From assembly GCA_051294375.1 (NCBI GenBank), contig CM119264.1:29371674-29435673 (forward strand): 64,000 bases of DNA, in the 5' to 3' direction. The DNA is from Paraspadella gotoi. Taxonomy: Eukaryota; Animalia; Chaetognatha. A program made the translations under genes and the position numbers. A model generated the notes under the pieces. That model saw only the letters and a program-made list of their open reading frames with translations, had not been told where the DNA came from and did no database searches. Positions 12,044 to 25,760 of this stretch are shown piece after piece (positions within the stretch are counted from its first letter, which is position 1; every line of letters starts with the position of its first letter).

Positions 12044-14234
12044 CAATTTCCCTTTCTTTCTCGGTCGGTCCAAACAAAGTTAAACATAATTCCGTACATA
12101 TGTACTTCACTACTTTTAAGACCTTTTAAACAAAAAAAAGAATATCTTTCGTTTTGCTAAATATATGAAGAGATAATTTAAAGATATTGAAAAATAAAAT
12201 GTCAATCCTGAAATGGTCAACAATTATGAATACAATTAGAAGCGAACAATTTGAATTTCGCAATCAAAATTGGAAAATGTCTGAGCTAATTGGGGAAGTT
12301 GTTTTGAAAAAAAGGAGGACATTCTTTGTATAAATAAGAAAAAATATTTCCTAGGATAAGATAAATTTTGGTTCAGGAGAAGAAAAGAATTTTAAAATCA
12401 TTGGCAAATATAGAAGAATCGAAAAGAATTTAATAGAGTAACTAAATAAAAGAAAAAAAGAAGTTATTGTGAAAAGGAATATATAATGGATATTATTATT
12501 ATTATTCCTTTCACAATAACTTTCTTTTTGGCAAAGCAAAGTAGAAACAAAGAAACAAAAAAACATGGAAAAAACAAAACTGTGTTCGGGGGGGCGAGGG
12601 GGATGGCCGCAGTGGACTTATTCTCTTTAAATTCCCTTTGATTACATGATAATCATGAACAGATACATATCAAAACTTTTTTTTTTTCCCCGTGTATTTA
12701 TTTATGACATGCAACTGGGGGCGAGCGGGGCCATCCAATTCCGTCTTTTAATCTTTGTTTTAATGATTCTTGAAAGGCGGCGCTGGGCCGAGTCCCTTAA
12801 TATTTGAGGGTTTTTCTGTCTTTTACAAATGACAAAAAAAACTATAGGCAAAGTACTCGCTGCACAACTAAGAAAAAAAAAGAAAACAAAACAGAAGATG
12901 AGAATAAAAAAATTTGGAATTTGGTGTTTTTTTTTTTTTTTTTTTTTCTTTTTTCTTTTTTTCTCGGGAAATCGAATTCGAGTTCATGAGAAACCGAAGT
13001 GCGGGGAAGTTCATCATCTTTAAAACTCACTTCGAAATTAGTCTTACTTTCTTTTCTTCCTTTCTTTTTTTCTCCTTTTTTAGTTTTCCCTTCTTCTTTC
13101 TCTTCCTTTCTTTCTTCCTCTTTCTACTTCTTCTTTTTATTATCTTCTCTTTTTTTCTTCTTTCTTTCTATTTTTCTACTTCTTATCTCTCCTCTTCCTA
13201 TTTTTACCCGTTCCTGTCTCTCTTCTTTTTTACATATTTCTTTTCCCCCTTAATCCTTCCTCTCCTCTTCCTTCCTTCTTTACCTTCTTTAGTCCCTTCT
13301 TCAAGATTCCAATTTCATTTCTCCGTCCACTCTCCTCTCCTCTCATTCCTCCCCACCGCGCCATTGAGTCCGTCCATCCTTCCTAAGGTCGGCCTCATCA
13401 ACGTCGGCATTTGTCAATCCGAACGACGAAACCTGTCGAGTCGTTTGTCATCCTTTCGTCGTCATTAGTCATCGGACTTCATTTTTACCGAACGTTGATG
13501 ACGTCTCAAGTGATTATTTAATCATTATTTGATACTATATAAATTTCATTTCTAATTACCCTTAAATATGCGTTAATTTTTTTCGGGAATTAAAGTTGGA
13601 GTTTGATTAGTAGATTCATACATACATGAGAGGCATCTTATCACAAATAGAGACTAAAAAAAAAGACAAACAAAGATAAGATTGACCGAGTGAGATACAG
13701 GCAGGGTGATAAACTACCGAGATGAGACAACAACGTTAAGTGAGGACAATAATTTTCAATCATAAGAATATTTCGTTGTTACAATAATCTCCTAAATACA
13801 ATAATCAATATCTAATTTTTGTAATATGTGACTTTGCATTTTAAGATTCTTCCTTTTATTCCAAGTACTTTTATGATGAGAAAAAAAGTGCTTTTTTCCA
13901 GTTTCAGCGGCCGAATAGTGACCTTTTATCAGGTCATAACAAACTGTAGTACCTCGTCCGTCCGTCGTCATCTCGTCCGTCGTCGTCGTTCCGTCCGCTT
14001 GCGTACTTGAGGAGTTTTGTTCCCCAATAGACCCGACATATATGACGCTCTCTGGTCCACTCAGTCCACGAAGAGAAGAGAGAGAGAGAGAGAGAAGAGA
14101 GAGAAGAGGAGAAGGGGGAGGGAAGAGTTATGAGAAGGGAAGAGAAGACTGCATTCATCGCTTATGTGAGGTTAATCGTAGAAGACACCTACTAAACAAA
14201 CACCTCTCTATCGAGGAGAGAGTTAAGAGGAGAG

Positions 14235-14290
<56 letters not shown>

Positions 14291-15108
14291 AGCAGGAGAG
14301 AGAGACAGAGAGAGGAGTTTAAAAGCCTCAGTGCCACATGGTTATTAAGAAGGAGGGTGATAGTAAAACAGTAGTTTGTCAACATGATCCGGATCTGCAC
14401 AACGATCATTAGCGGTATTAATTCAATTTAATTATTTCAATTTTTAATTTTATTCAATATTTTATGTTTCTTGATTAGGCATAAGATTATAACAGTTTAT
14501 ATGCTAACGCATGGAAGTACTGCAGGAATACGACTTATATTAGGCATCATTAAATTAAGGTAGGATTCAAGTTATAATTAACAATATTTAATACCTTAAG
14601 CAATTAAATTATTATAATAATTAATTTCTGAAAACCTCTTTTTTGTTTTTAAAGGTTTCTTGCTTCCGTCACATATCTAAACCCATGAACATAACCCCAT
14701 ATGATAGAACGATGATGTGGACAAACAACGACAATATGCAAAAAACCGGATTGCCTTGACTGATTGATTTTGATTGTGGATAATTAATTTATTAGATATG
14801 GTAAATGAAATTGAATGATTGATAATTTAATTGATTAATTAACTGAATTAAATTTATTTGATTTAATAAATACTCTTGTATTAACTTAAATTAAAAGAAA
14901 AAGATCCATAATGAATAACAGTTTTTTTTATTCAATATAAAACTTAGTTCAAATAATAATTTTTGGTCTGATCCGACATGTGAGATGATTTTTCCCGATA
15001 TAAGCTCCTTTTTTTCCACCCTCCAGCAATTCCATCCAACTCATTTCAAGATCAATCAAAACACTGTTCCCTTACCCACACATNNNNNNNNNNNNNNNNN
15101 NNNNNNNN

Positions 15109-17364
15109 GAGAGAGAGAGAGAGAGAGAGAGGTAATTAGGAGCCTCCCTGTTTCCTTCACCTCTCCGCATCGCCAAATTCTCGACATAGAATTTCCGGTT
15201 TTTCCGCTGCCGAGAAATTTGGGTAAAGAAGAAAAAATAAACGAGGAGCCGGAAGTCGGGAAGATGAGCCGAGAGACGAACCGGAAAATTATGGCCTCGT
15301 CCCGGCGACTTTAAGGCGGGTCGACCCGTTTGAGGGTTCAAACTCGTTAGCAAGCGCTGGCATCCTTGGGTTACCTTTAGCTCTTTTCAAATCCTCTCAT
15401 TTTACTATTTGTACAATCAATATGTACAAAAAATTATTCTTTTATTGAATAAATAATCCTGACTTTGCAATGGTGCATTAAAGTCTCCATCCCAGTTACA
15501 AGATAATAACATTGCGGGACTCTCTTACTATCTAGTACCCGGCTCCCCTTTCATTGGAGTTGCATAATATTTTTTTATGAACTGTTTTAAATGTATAAAA
15601 GGTTCAATTCCTTTTACATTTATTTAAGAATTAAATCGGGTAATACAATTAAATTACATAAGAGCTGACATACACTTTAATCTACGACCTGGCTGAAACT
15701 TTTTAAAATAGTGATCATTGGATTATAGCAGACTTTTTTCCCTTTGGTGAACCCAAGGTGGGATTCAGTGAAAGGTTGGTGAAAATCTTGAGCTACTAAA
15801 ATGTTAATTGGGACGCTTCACTGAATGATAGTGACAGTTAATGTGAGTCGATAATTATACTGGACGCTACAAGGTGTGACAGGACAGACCTGGCAAAAGG
15901 AAGCGATGGCGGATTCCTTAAGGGTAGAGGCGAAAGGGCGGGGGATGAGATCGAGTCTGGGGTGGCAAGGGGTGGAAGGAGTCTATAAGTGCGGGGTATG
16001 CGAGGGGTGAAGCGGAGTCTAGAATCGGGGGTGGCGAGGGGTGGAGGTAGTGTAGAAGTGGGTGGTCGGGTGGGGTGGGGAGTCTAGAAGTCGGGGTAGC
16101 GAGGGGTGGAGGGAGTCTGGAACGGGGTAGCGAGGGGTGAAGGGATCTAGAAGTCGGGGGTTGGCGAGGGGTGGAGGTAGTGTAGAAGTTGAGTGGTGGG
16201 AGGGGTGGAGGGAGTCAATAAGTTTGGGGTGGTTAAGGTTGGAGGGAGTCTAGAAGTTGGGGGTGGCGAGTGGCTGGAAGGGAGTCTAGAAGTCGGGGTT
16301 TGGCGAGGGTGAGGGAAGTCTATAGTCGGAGTGGCGAGGGTGGAATTGTTGTCTATAAGTCGGGGTGGCGAGGGTGGGAAGGAGTCTAATAAGGTGGGGT
16401 TGTGCAATAGGTGATTGAGTCTATAAGTCGGGGGTGGCGAGGGTTGGAGGGAGTCTATATAGTCGGAGGGGTGGCGTTTGGATAGGGAGTCTAGAAGTCG
16501 GGGGTGGCGAGGGGTTAGAGGAGGAGTCTGGATAGTCCGGGGGTGTCGAGGGTGAAAGGGAGTCCAATAAGTCGGGGGTGGCGAGTGGGTGGAGGGAGCT
16601 GGTCGGTGGTGGCAAGGGGTTGAAGGGAGTCTAGAAGATCGGGGTAGCGAGGTGTGTGAGGGAGTCTAGAACCCGGGGGTTGAACAGCTGGGGGGAGGAA
16701 AGGGAAAGGAAATGACGGAGGAAGGAAAAGATGATGGATGATCGTTGGGCGACGTTTTGAGGCCGAGGCGAACGATGCAGAACAGAATACGGAACGAGAC
16801 CCGGGTTGTGGGTTTGTGGTGGGTGCTGGGTTGTGGGGGCTAATTGTGGACGAGATTCTTAATTGTGGGCGCGCGGTGCTATTTGTTATTGTGATAGATT
16901 TTGGGCAGTTGTGATAATGTAGAAGATGATAACGTGGGAAAGGGTTAGTGGCGATTGTGAAATGTGGCGATTGTGAGAGACTAAGACGACAAAAATAATG
17001 ACAACGAAGGTTTAAAGGAATAGATATATATGTACCCAAATGTTTTTTCAAATCTTGAAGAGCCGTATGAGACAAAAAAAAAAAATAAAAAAAATAAAAA
17101 AACGAAACAAAAACAGCAAAAATTAAAAAAGAAAGAAAAAAACAAATTTTGATTCTTCTTCTCGAAAAAGAAACAAAATTTAAATCATTCAGAAGAATGA
17201 AGAGGAGAAGCCGAATGAAAAATCCTAAACGAGGCGACGAATGATAAATCCAAAACGAGGTGCGAAACAAAAATGAAGATTAGTGTCGCAGTTCATAAAC
17301 TGGGAAGCGGGAGGGAGTTATCTCTCGAGTTAAAATAGGAAAAAAAGGAGAAGAGAGAGAGAGG

Positions 17365-17428
<64 letters not shown>

Positions 17429-19916
17429 GAGAGTAAATAAGGAGAGATGAGGCGTAGCCTTGAATATCAAGCAAAGATGACGACGAAGACAGAATTTCAA
17501 TTTTTCGCTCGTTGCATTTTTTTGCGCCGTGGGAATCGTAGAGGAAAGGAAAGGTAAGTTAAGAAGAAAGCAAAGGTAAGGTCGGAGGAGAGGAAAGGTA
17601 AGTTTAGAAGAAAGGTAAGGTCGGAGGAAAGGAAAGGTAAGTTTAGAAGAAAGGAAAGGTAACTAAGAGAAAAGGAAAGTTAAGTTAGGAAGAAAGGAAA
17701 GGTAAGGTCGGAGGAAAGGAAAGGTAAGCTAAGAAGAAAGGAAAGGTAAGTAAAGAGGAAAGAAAAGGTAAGTCTAAAAGAAAGGTAAGGTAAAGGAAAA
17801 GGAAAAGGAAAAGGAAAAGGAAAAGGAAAAGGAAAGGAAAAGGAAAGGCAAGTTCAGAAGAAAGGAAAGGAAAGGTGAGTTTCACACCAAACGATGATGA
17901 GTGAAGTCTAAAAAAGAAGGTGAGAAACGTGATTCGTTTTTGGTTTACGATGAAAGGAGGAAATTTGTGAATGTGTGAGGGACAAGGGATGTGTGAGGAA
18001 CGAGAGAAGAGAACTTTCAGAAAACATTTGAAATAATATTTCGGTTCTATTCTTTATTCTATTCTTTATATTCTTTATACATAATTTACTAAATACATAG
18101 TCATACCCAGGCTACCAAATTGATTTAATCCGAGTTTAACAATAAACGTCATTTCCGAACGACCAACTCTAGATAACAGCACGACCCATCCAACGAGTCG
18201 AGGCGTCCAGGGCTCGCGGTCGTTCGAAGGCGATGACGCGTGAGTTCTGGAGGGCGACCGACCGACCGACCGACCGACCGACCGACCGACCGACCGACCG
18301 ACTCTCGGCCACGCCTCGCCTCCTCCCCTTAACAGGCCGCGGTTTTCGAGCCAGCGACCCCTGGATGTCTGGGTGCAAACAATGACGATTCCCTTGCAAA
18401 CAATGACGTCTCGATGCAAACAATGACGTCTGCCGACTTCAAACAACGCCGGGCGGGAGAGGGAGGGGGGAGGAAGGGGGCGTTCACGCTCGTTGGTTTA
18501 GGAGAAGTTGGGGGGGAAGGTGGGAGGTGGGAGAGGGATGGTGGTTCGTGAGAAGGTGGGAATGCGGAGGGAGTTAATAGTAGAAGAACTGGTGGTAAAG
18601 GTGGATTCATGATTCATGAGTGTCATTATTAAATTATTAATTGTATTCATTCATTGAATAAACAAACTATTTTTCCTACTGTATTTTGGACAGGCTATAT
18701 ATGTAAGAAAGGAAAGAAAATCGCGAAAGGAAATTCCAATGAGCGGGTGCTAATTGTCACATTGTCACATTGTACAATTAGCCAATTCGATTCAATTCGC
18801 TTTTCTGAGTTTAATTAAAAATACATAGGAATCATCTCATTTTTCTTCACTCGATTACCTTCACTGAATCAATCAATCAATCAATCAATCAACTCCATAG
18901 GGAAAGGCGAAAATAAAAAAAAAATAAATAAAAATAAAAAGAAAGAGGAAAGAAAATAAAAAGGAAAGAGAGAGAAATACAGGGAGATGCAGCTCTTTTG
19001 CAACTAAATTTAAAAAAATCGTCCGGTAAAGAAACGAATAATAGTTTGAAAATTGGTTCACTTGTGAACAATTGTAATGACAACACATATAATGAAAAAA
19101 AAACCTTTGGCAACCAAGACCTTCTCAAGGTGTCCAGAGATAAATAAATGATAAATGATACAACAACGGACCTGAGCTCGCGATTAAGCGGCTTATAGGG
19201 TCTTTCATTAAAGACATACGTTGGACGTAAAAACAAAATTTAAAATTGTAGGTATTTGGTAATGTTCCTTTAAAACATTTGAACTTTTTGACCCCGAACC
19301 CGACAAGACAAGACAAGGCCCGAGAAGACGGCACATGCTTTTGCGACCGATTGGAAATGCTTCTATTCCGACAACTGTTGTAGCTTCATTAATTTCGAGA
19401 GTTCTGTATGGGATGCGTGCTTCTGAATCTCAATCCTACATTTTTTATTAATCAGGGAAATTGCCGTCCAACAATCTGCCAAAATTTCTTAAAATTTTGT
19501 AAGGAAATGGCGTGAAAAACTATGACATATTTTCCAGACTTTTTTGATATCGATCGAAAAATAAAATAGTTTAGTTTCCAAATATAGTGGCTTTTTTGTT
19601 CTATCATACCCTGTTTTTGTGCTGTTTCTTAGTCCATCTAGCACAGAGAGGTCCACTTGTAAGATCCAGTAAGAGAAAAGTGGAACGGAGGGTGGAGGTG
19701 GCGAGGGGGTTGGGGTGGGGGGTAGAGGATGAAGAGGGGGAATTGGGGGGCGGAGGCTCCGAACGATTGGGGGGGAGGGGGCGAGGCGGCGGAGGAATGG
19801 AGGAGGAGTGGGGGGGGCGGAGGCTCGCGATAATACCGCGAGAAATTCGTTTTCCGGTCGGAAAACTCGAACCTCGGAAGAACTCCTGGGAGCGAACGGC
19901 CTTGAGGTTAGGCCGA

Positions 19917-19986
<70 letters not shown>

Positions 19987-21818
19987 GGCTAATTATGGTA
20001 ACCTAGTAGCTCCAGACAAATCCTTTCATACATAATTTGTTTTACACAATTTCTAAAAGTATTATGAATATACAATGTACAAGGCTTTTTCAATCTTTCT
20101 CGGTCGGTCCAAACAAAGTTAACATAATTCGTACATATATATGTACATACTACTTTAAGACTTTAACCAAAAAAAAGAATATCTTCGTTGCTAAAAATAT
20201 TGAGAGATAATTTTAAAGATATTGAAAATAAAATGTCAAATCCTGAAAATGTCAACAATATGAATACAAATATAAATGAAGCGAACAAAAATTGACTTCG
20301 CAAATCAAAATTGGAAGCAATGTCTGAGCTAAGTTGGAAGTTGTTGAAAAAAAGGAGGAAATTCTGTATGAAAAGAAAAATATTCTTAGGATAAGATAAA
20401 TTTTGTCAGTAGTAGAAAAAAGAATTTTAAAATCATTGGCAAATATAAGAAGAATCGGAAAGATTAATAAGTAACTAAATGAAAAGTAAAAAAAAAGAAG
20501 TTATTGTGAAAGGAATAATATAATGTACGGTAAACTTCACCAAAAGCAAAGTAGAAACAAAAGAAACAAGAAACATGAAACAAACTGTGTTGCGCCGCAG
20601 TGACTTTATTTTCTCTTTTAATTCCCTTTGATTACATGATATGACATGACATGACATTACTCAAAAACTTTTTTTCCCCGTGTATTTTTTATGACATGCA
20701 CTGCATCAAAATTCCGTCTTTTATATCTTTAGTTTTATGAATTCTTGAAGGCGGCGCTGGCAGTCCCTTATATTTGAGGGGTTTTTCTGTCTTAACAAAT
20801 GAGCAAAAAACTATAGGCAAAGTACTCGCTGCGCAACTAAAAACAGAAGAGAGAAATAAAAAAATGGAATTTGTGTTTTTTTCTTATTTTTTTCTTTTTT
20901 CTCGAATCGAGGTCATGAGAAACCGAAGTGCGGGGAAGTTCATCATCTTAAACTCACTTCGAAATTAGTCTTCTTTCCTTTTCTGCCTTCTTTTTTTCTC
21001 TTTTTATTTTCCTTTCTTTCTTTCTTTTCCTCTTCTTTCTTATTTCCTCTTTTTCTACTTCTTTCTTTTTATTTATCTTCTCTTTTCTTTCTTCTTTTTT
21101 CTTTCCTATTTTTTCTACTTCTTTCTCTCTCTTCTTTTACGTTCCTTTCTCTCCTTCCTTATTTTTACATATTTCTTTTCCTTAATCCTTCCTCTCCTCT
21201 TTCCTTTCCTTCTTTACCTTCTTTTAGTCCTCTTCAAGATTCCATTTCATTTCCCTCCTCCTCCTCCTCCTCCTCTTCCTCCCCACCGCGCACATTGAGT
21301 CGTCCATCTTTCCTAAGGTCGGCCTCATCAACGTCGGCGTTTGTCATCCGACGAAAACCTTCGAGTCGTTGTCATCCTTTTCGTCGTCATTGTCATCGGA
21401 TTTCCATTTTTACCGACGTTGATGAAACGTCTCAAGTGATTATTTTGTCAGTAATTGATACATATTTCATAATTTACCTAATATGCGTTTTATTTCGAAT
21501 TAAACAAGGTTGATTAAGTAAATTCATACATACATGAGCATCAAACAAATATGAGACTAAAGACAAAACAAAGATAAAGATTGAGTGAAAACTACCAGTG
21601 TAGACAAAACAACGTTAATGAGGACAATATTTCAATCATAAAATGATATTTCGTTGTTACAATCTCCTCAAAATACAATAATCAATATCTATTTTTAATA
21701 TTGTGACTTTGATTAAGATTTTTCTTTTATTGCAGTACTTTGTAGGATGAGAAAAAAAAGGCGTATTTTCCAATTCCAGCGCGAAAATAGTACCTTTATC
21801 AAGGTCATAACTGATAGT

Positions 21819-21868
<50 letters not shown>

Positions 21869-21934
21869 GTTAGCGTCTTGAGGGAGTTTTGTTCCCCAAT
21901 GACCCAGACTTATGACGCTCTCTGTCCTCGAGTC

Positions 21935-22032
<98 letters not shown>

Positions 22033-22662
22033 AAAAGCTCAGCGCCACATGGTTATTAAGAGGAAGTGATATTAAAAACAAGTTTGTGCAAACAATGTCG
22101 GATCTGCCAACGATCATTAGCGGTAATTAATTAATTAATTTATTTATTTATTTTAATCAAGTTAATTTATTAGGCAATAATTAATTAAAGTTATATAATT
22201 AGGCAATAATTAATTAATTAATTCAAGTTAATTAATTAAGCAATAATTAATTAATTCATTAATTTGATCTGAAACTTTTGTTTTTAGGTCTTTTTGTCAC
22301 TAACCATGACAAAACCAATGACGACGATGATGGTGACAACGACAATAATGCCGAAAACGATTGACTTGACTAATTGATTGATTGATTGATTGAATAATTA
22401 ATTAATAAGTAAATAAATTGATTGATTGAATAATTAATTAATTAACTGATTAATTATTTGATTAATAAATACATCTTGTATTTAACTTTAATATAAAAAG
22501 AAAAAGAATCATAATAAATTAAAAAAACAGTTTTTTTTCATATAAACTTAGTTCAAATAGTAAAATTTTTTTTCCCATATAAACTAATTTCCACTCAGAC
22601 AATTCCATCAAAACTTCATATCCAGATCAATCAAACACTTTCCTACCCACACACAAAATTTC
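15109..22662 (+). repeat. ~7.5-kb direct duplicate of ~2910-15083 (lacking the hAT insertion)
   Basis: Colinear match along the whole length, with many 1-bp indels. Bounded by 25-N gaps (15084-15108, 22663-22687); 22688-22895 also re-copies the sequence before the second gap. Confidence 0.93.
15952..16680. repeat. G-rich ~34-bp minisatellite (~22 copies)
   Basis: Same unit as 8257-8515, with a longer array. Confidence 0.9.
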
Positions 22663-22865
22663 NNNNNNNNNNNNNNNNNNNNNNNNNATTTGATTAATAA
22701 ATACATCTTGTATTTAACTTTAATATAAAAAGAAAAAGAATCATAATAAATTAAAAAAACAGTTTTTTTTCATATAAACTTAGTTCAAATAGTAAAATTT
22801 TTTTTTCCCATATAAACTAATTTCCACTCAGACAATTCCATCAAAACTTCATATCCAGATCAATC

Positions 22866-23007
22866 AAACACTTTCCTACCCACACACAAAATTTCATTCT
22901 AATCTATCCATCCAATCACGAGTAATTGGTGTTTTTTGCTAAGGTCGGACGGACGGACGGACGGACGGACGGACGGACGGCCTTTTTTTTTTGGTATAAT
23001 TTATCAT
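22866..23007 (+). mobile_element. Dispersed repeat with (GGAC)n core, possibly a non-autonomous Helitron-type element
   Basis: CACTTTCC.ACCCACACACAAAATTTCATT..AATC.ATCCATCCAATCACGAGTAATTGG...(GGAC)n...ATAATTTATCAT also present at ~55782-55935. Class is inferred only from resemblance to microsatellite-bearing Helitron derivatives. Confidence 0.45.
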
Positions 23008-23221
23008 TAGGAGAAAAACAATTTTTATTTGTTTTGACAACGAATTTTAATGACAATTTGACAGACATGTTTCGACTCTGTATTTTTAGAGTCTTCATCA
23101 CTCTAAAAATACAGAGTCGAAACATGTCTGTCAAATTGTCATTAAAATTCGTTGTCAAAACAAATAAAAATTGTTTTTCTCCTAATGCCCATAAACAACG
23201 AAATCGAAAGTCTATACACAA
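23008..23221 (-). mobile_element. Young palindromic Penelope-like insertion with 16-bp TSD
   Basis: Perfect 88-bp inverted arms (23005-23092 / 23100-23187) with a 7-nt loop and a 34-nt unpaired tail (23188-23221). Direct repeat TGGTATAATTTATCAT at 22992-23007 and 23222-23237. Hammerhead core on minus. Confidence 0.85.
23064..23100 (-). ncRNA. Minimal type I hammerhead ribozyme core, 5'-truncated
   Basis: Minus strand UGAUGA-A-GACUCU[aaaaauac]AGAGUC-GAAAC-AU-GUC. C3 and the 5' strand of stem I are lost at the inversion junction. Confidence 0.75.
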
Positions 23222-25172
23222 TGGTATAATTTATCATAATTCCATGTTCTGACATGATATAAGTGAATGCCCGACAAGATTGAGGGGGCGGACCGATGGA
23301 CCGACAAAGTGGATTATAGAGTCGGGATTTGCTGATAAGCAGATGCGACTAAAAATGCAGGCCTGAGTAGCAAGCATGAGTAGCAAGCATGAGTAGCTCG
23401 CAAGAGTATCAGGCATGAGTGGCGGGAAATAAAAAAGGTCGTTCATTGAAAGAAATGTTAAGAGATGAGAAAGATAAGGAAAATCTAGAAAGAAAAGAAG
23501 AGAAAAGAAAAGAAAAGAAAAGAAAAGAAAAGAAAAGAAAAGAAAAGAAAAGAAAAGAAAAGAAAAGAAAAGAAAAGAATAAAAAAGAAATTATAAGAAA
23601 AGAAAAGGGTAGAAAAAGAAATGGAGACAGAAAAGAAAGGACAGAAAACTGTAGAAAAAGATAACGAAAAAAAGCATGATAACATGTTTAAAAAAATAGG
23701 AAGGAAAAAAGAAAGAAAAGAAAAATAGAAAAAAAAAAGGAAAGAAAAAGTTTTCTTTGCGACGCCGAAAAGAGTCATAACTTTATTATGGGATAGTTAA
23801 GTCGAAAAAAAATGTGGCGAAAAACCTTGAGAGATTTTTTGGGGAGAGTTTGAATTTTTTTTCGTTCTCGGGTCGAGATTCGAGAATAAAAGCCAAGTAA
23901 AGAAGGAAATATGGTATAAAGGCTGAGGTATTGTCATTTTAGACCAAGGGTTGATATCTTACTGCGCAGGAGGTCATGATTCTGATATTTTCACTATTTT
24001 CCTTAAGGGGAGGAGGATCAATTTTTGGGCCTATATTCATTAGTTAGAGCTAATTTTTCTACTTTAGAACGTCGAAAACCGCAGCCCTCTATCATTTCGG
24101 AAAGCGGAGATATAGAGGTTACCAATGAAATTTCTTTGAAAAATTCCAGGCCCCAAACGGAATGACGGAGGACTTTCATTTTTTGGTTCCAATATCCTCA
24201 CCTGAATATCTAAGTCTGAGCGCATCCCTTTTTTTAAATTCTTACATCTTCATAGAAAAAAGTACAAAAGATTGAAATGGCCAAATCTTGGAAACGCAAA
24301 AAAAAATATTCAAAAAATTTTTTTTCCAAAAAACGATGCGGTCAGACCTGCGCAATCTCCTAAATATCTAATGAACAAAGTCGCGCTATTTTATCTTTCT
24401 TTATTTCTTTTTTCTGAATTTTTTTCAATTTTCCAAATTTTTATTTGAGTTTCAAAAACTTTTTCACGGTAAAACACATTTTTTTCCCTTGCATTTTTAA
24501 AAAGTTCTTATTTTTTATTTTTACTGCACTAGACAAGAAAGAATAATGAAAGCGATCGTCGACGCAATTGATGCAGAGAAACAGCAAAGAAAAGTTGCCG
24601 TAAAATCAATCGTACCGTCTTAATCCTACTTTTCTTGTCAAAAAAGTTTTTAGATTTTTGAAAAAAAAAAAGAGAATTGGCGAAAGCGTTTGAGAATAAT
24701 AACAAAAAGTGCAATGAGGAAAGTGAATCAACACCAGTCAAGGTAGATAACAAACAAACATAATAAATAAGACAATGTAAAAAATCGCCTTTTTAATTGT
24801 AATCATCGAAGCCCCTTGCCGTATGACTGATCTCTTTGAGATCTGGCTGGATGACTCAGTGTCAGTATCGGGATCGACAAAACGATGACGATGACAGAAG
24901 CAAATGCGACGATGAGTGCGACGACAAAACGAGTGACGCATAAAGCGACGATTGAAGCAGCAAAAGAGACGAGTATTGTGTGTCTGCTTGAGTCCGCTGC
25001 TTCAGGAGCTGCAGCAAGGGGCTTCGATGAAAAAAGTGTCAAAAAAGCATAATCAAATAGTGAATCAATGAATTGTAAATCGCTTTAGCGATTTACTTTA
25101 CCCTTGAATTTTGGTCATTTTTTTTTCCATTATTTTTTTTTTATTAAAAACTTTTTATTGATTTTTTATTAA

Positions 25173-25760
25173 CAGCAAGTTAAAAAAAGTATGCAAGTTA
25201 AAAAAGTATGCAAGTTAAAAAAGTATGCAAGTTAAAAAAATTATGCAAGCTAAAATATTATGCAAGTTGAAAAATTATGCAAGCTAAAAATATTATGCAA
25301 GTTGAAAAAATTATGCAAGTTGAAATAATTATGCAAGTTTAAAAAACTATGCAAGTTGAAAAATTATGCAAGTTGAAAAAATTATGCAAGTTGAAAAAAT
25401 TATGCAAGCTGAAAAAATTATGCAAGCTAAAAAAATTATACAAGCTGAAAAAATTATGCAAGCTGAAAAAATTATTCAGCTGAAAAAATTATGCAAGTTG
25501 AAAAAATTATAAAATTAAAAAAATTATGCAAGTTGAAAAAATTATGCAAGCTAAAATATTATGCAAGTTGAAAAAATTATGCAAGTTGAAATAATTATGC
25601 AAGTTGAAAAAATTATGCAAGTTGAAAAAATTATGCAAGTTGAAAAAATTATGCAAGCTGAAAAAATTATACAAGCTGAAAAAATTATACAAGCTGAAAA
25701 AAATTATGCAAGCTGAAAAAAATTATGCAAGTTGAAAAAATTATGCAAGTTGAAAAATAA
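25173..25760. repeat. ~19-bp AT-rich minisatellite (~30 copies)
   Basis: Unit AAAAAATTATGCAAG(T/C)TG. Confidence 0.95.

Noticed and set aside
15263-19400. Possible spliced gene in the duplicated block (exon-like patches near 15263, 15712, 18694, 19250)
   Set aside because: Plausible splice signals, but the two copies disagree in frame and no family is recognisable.
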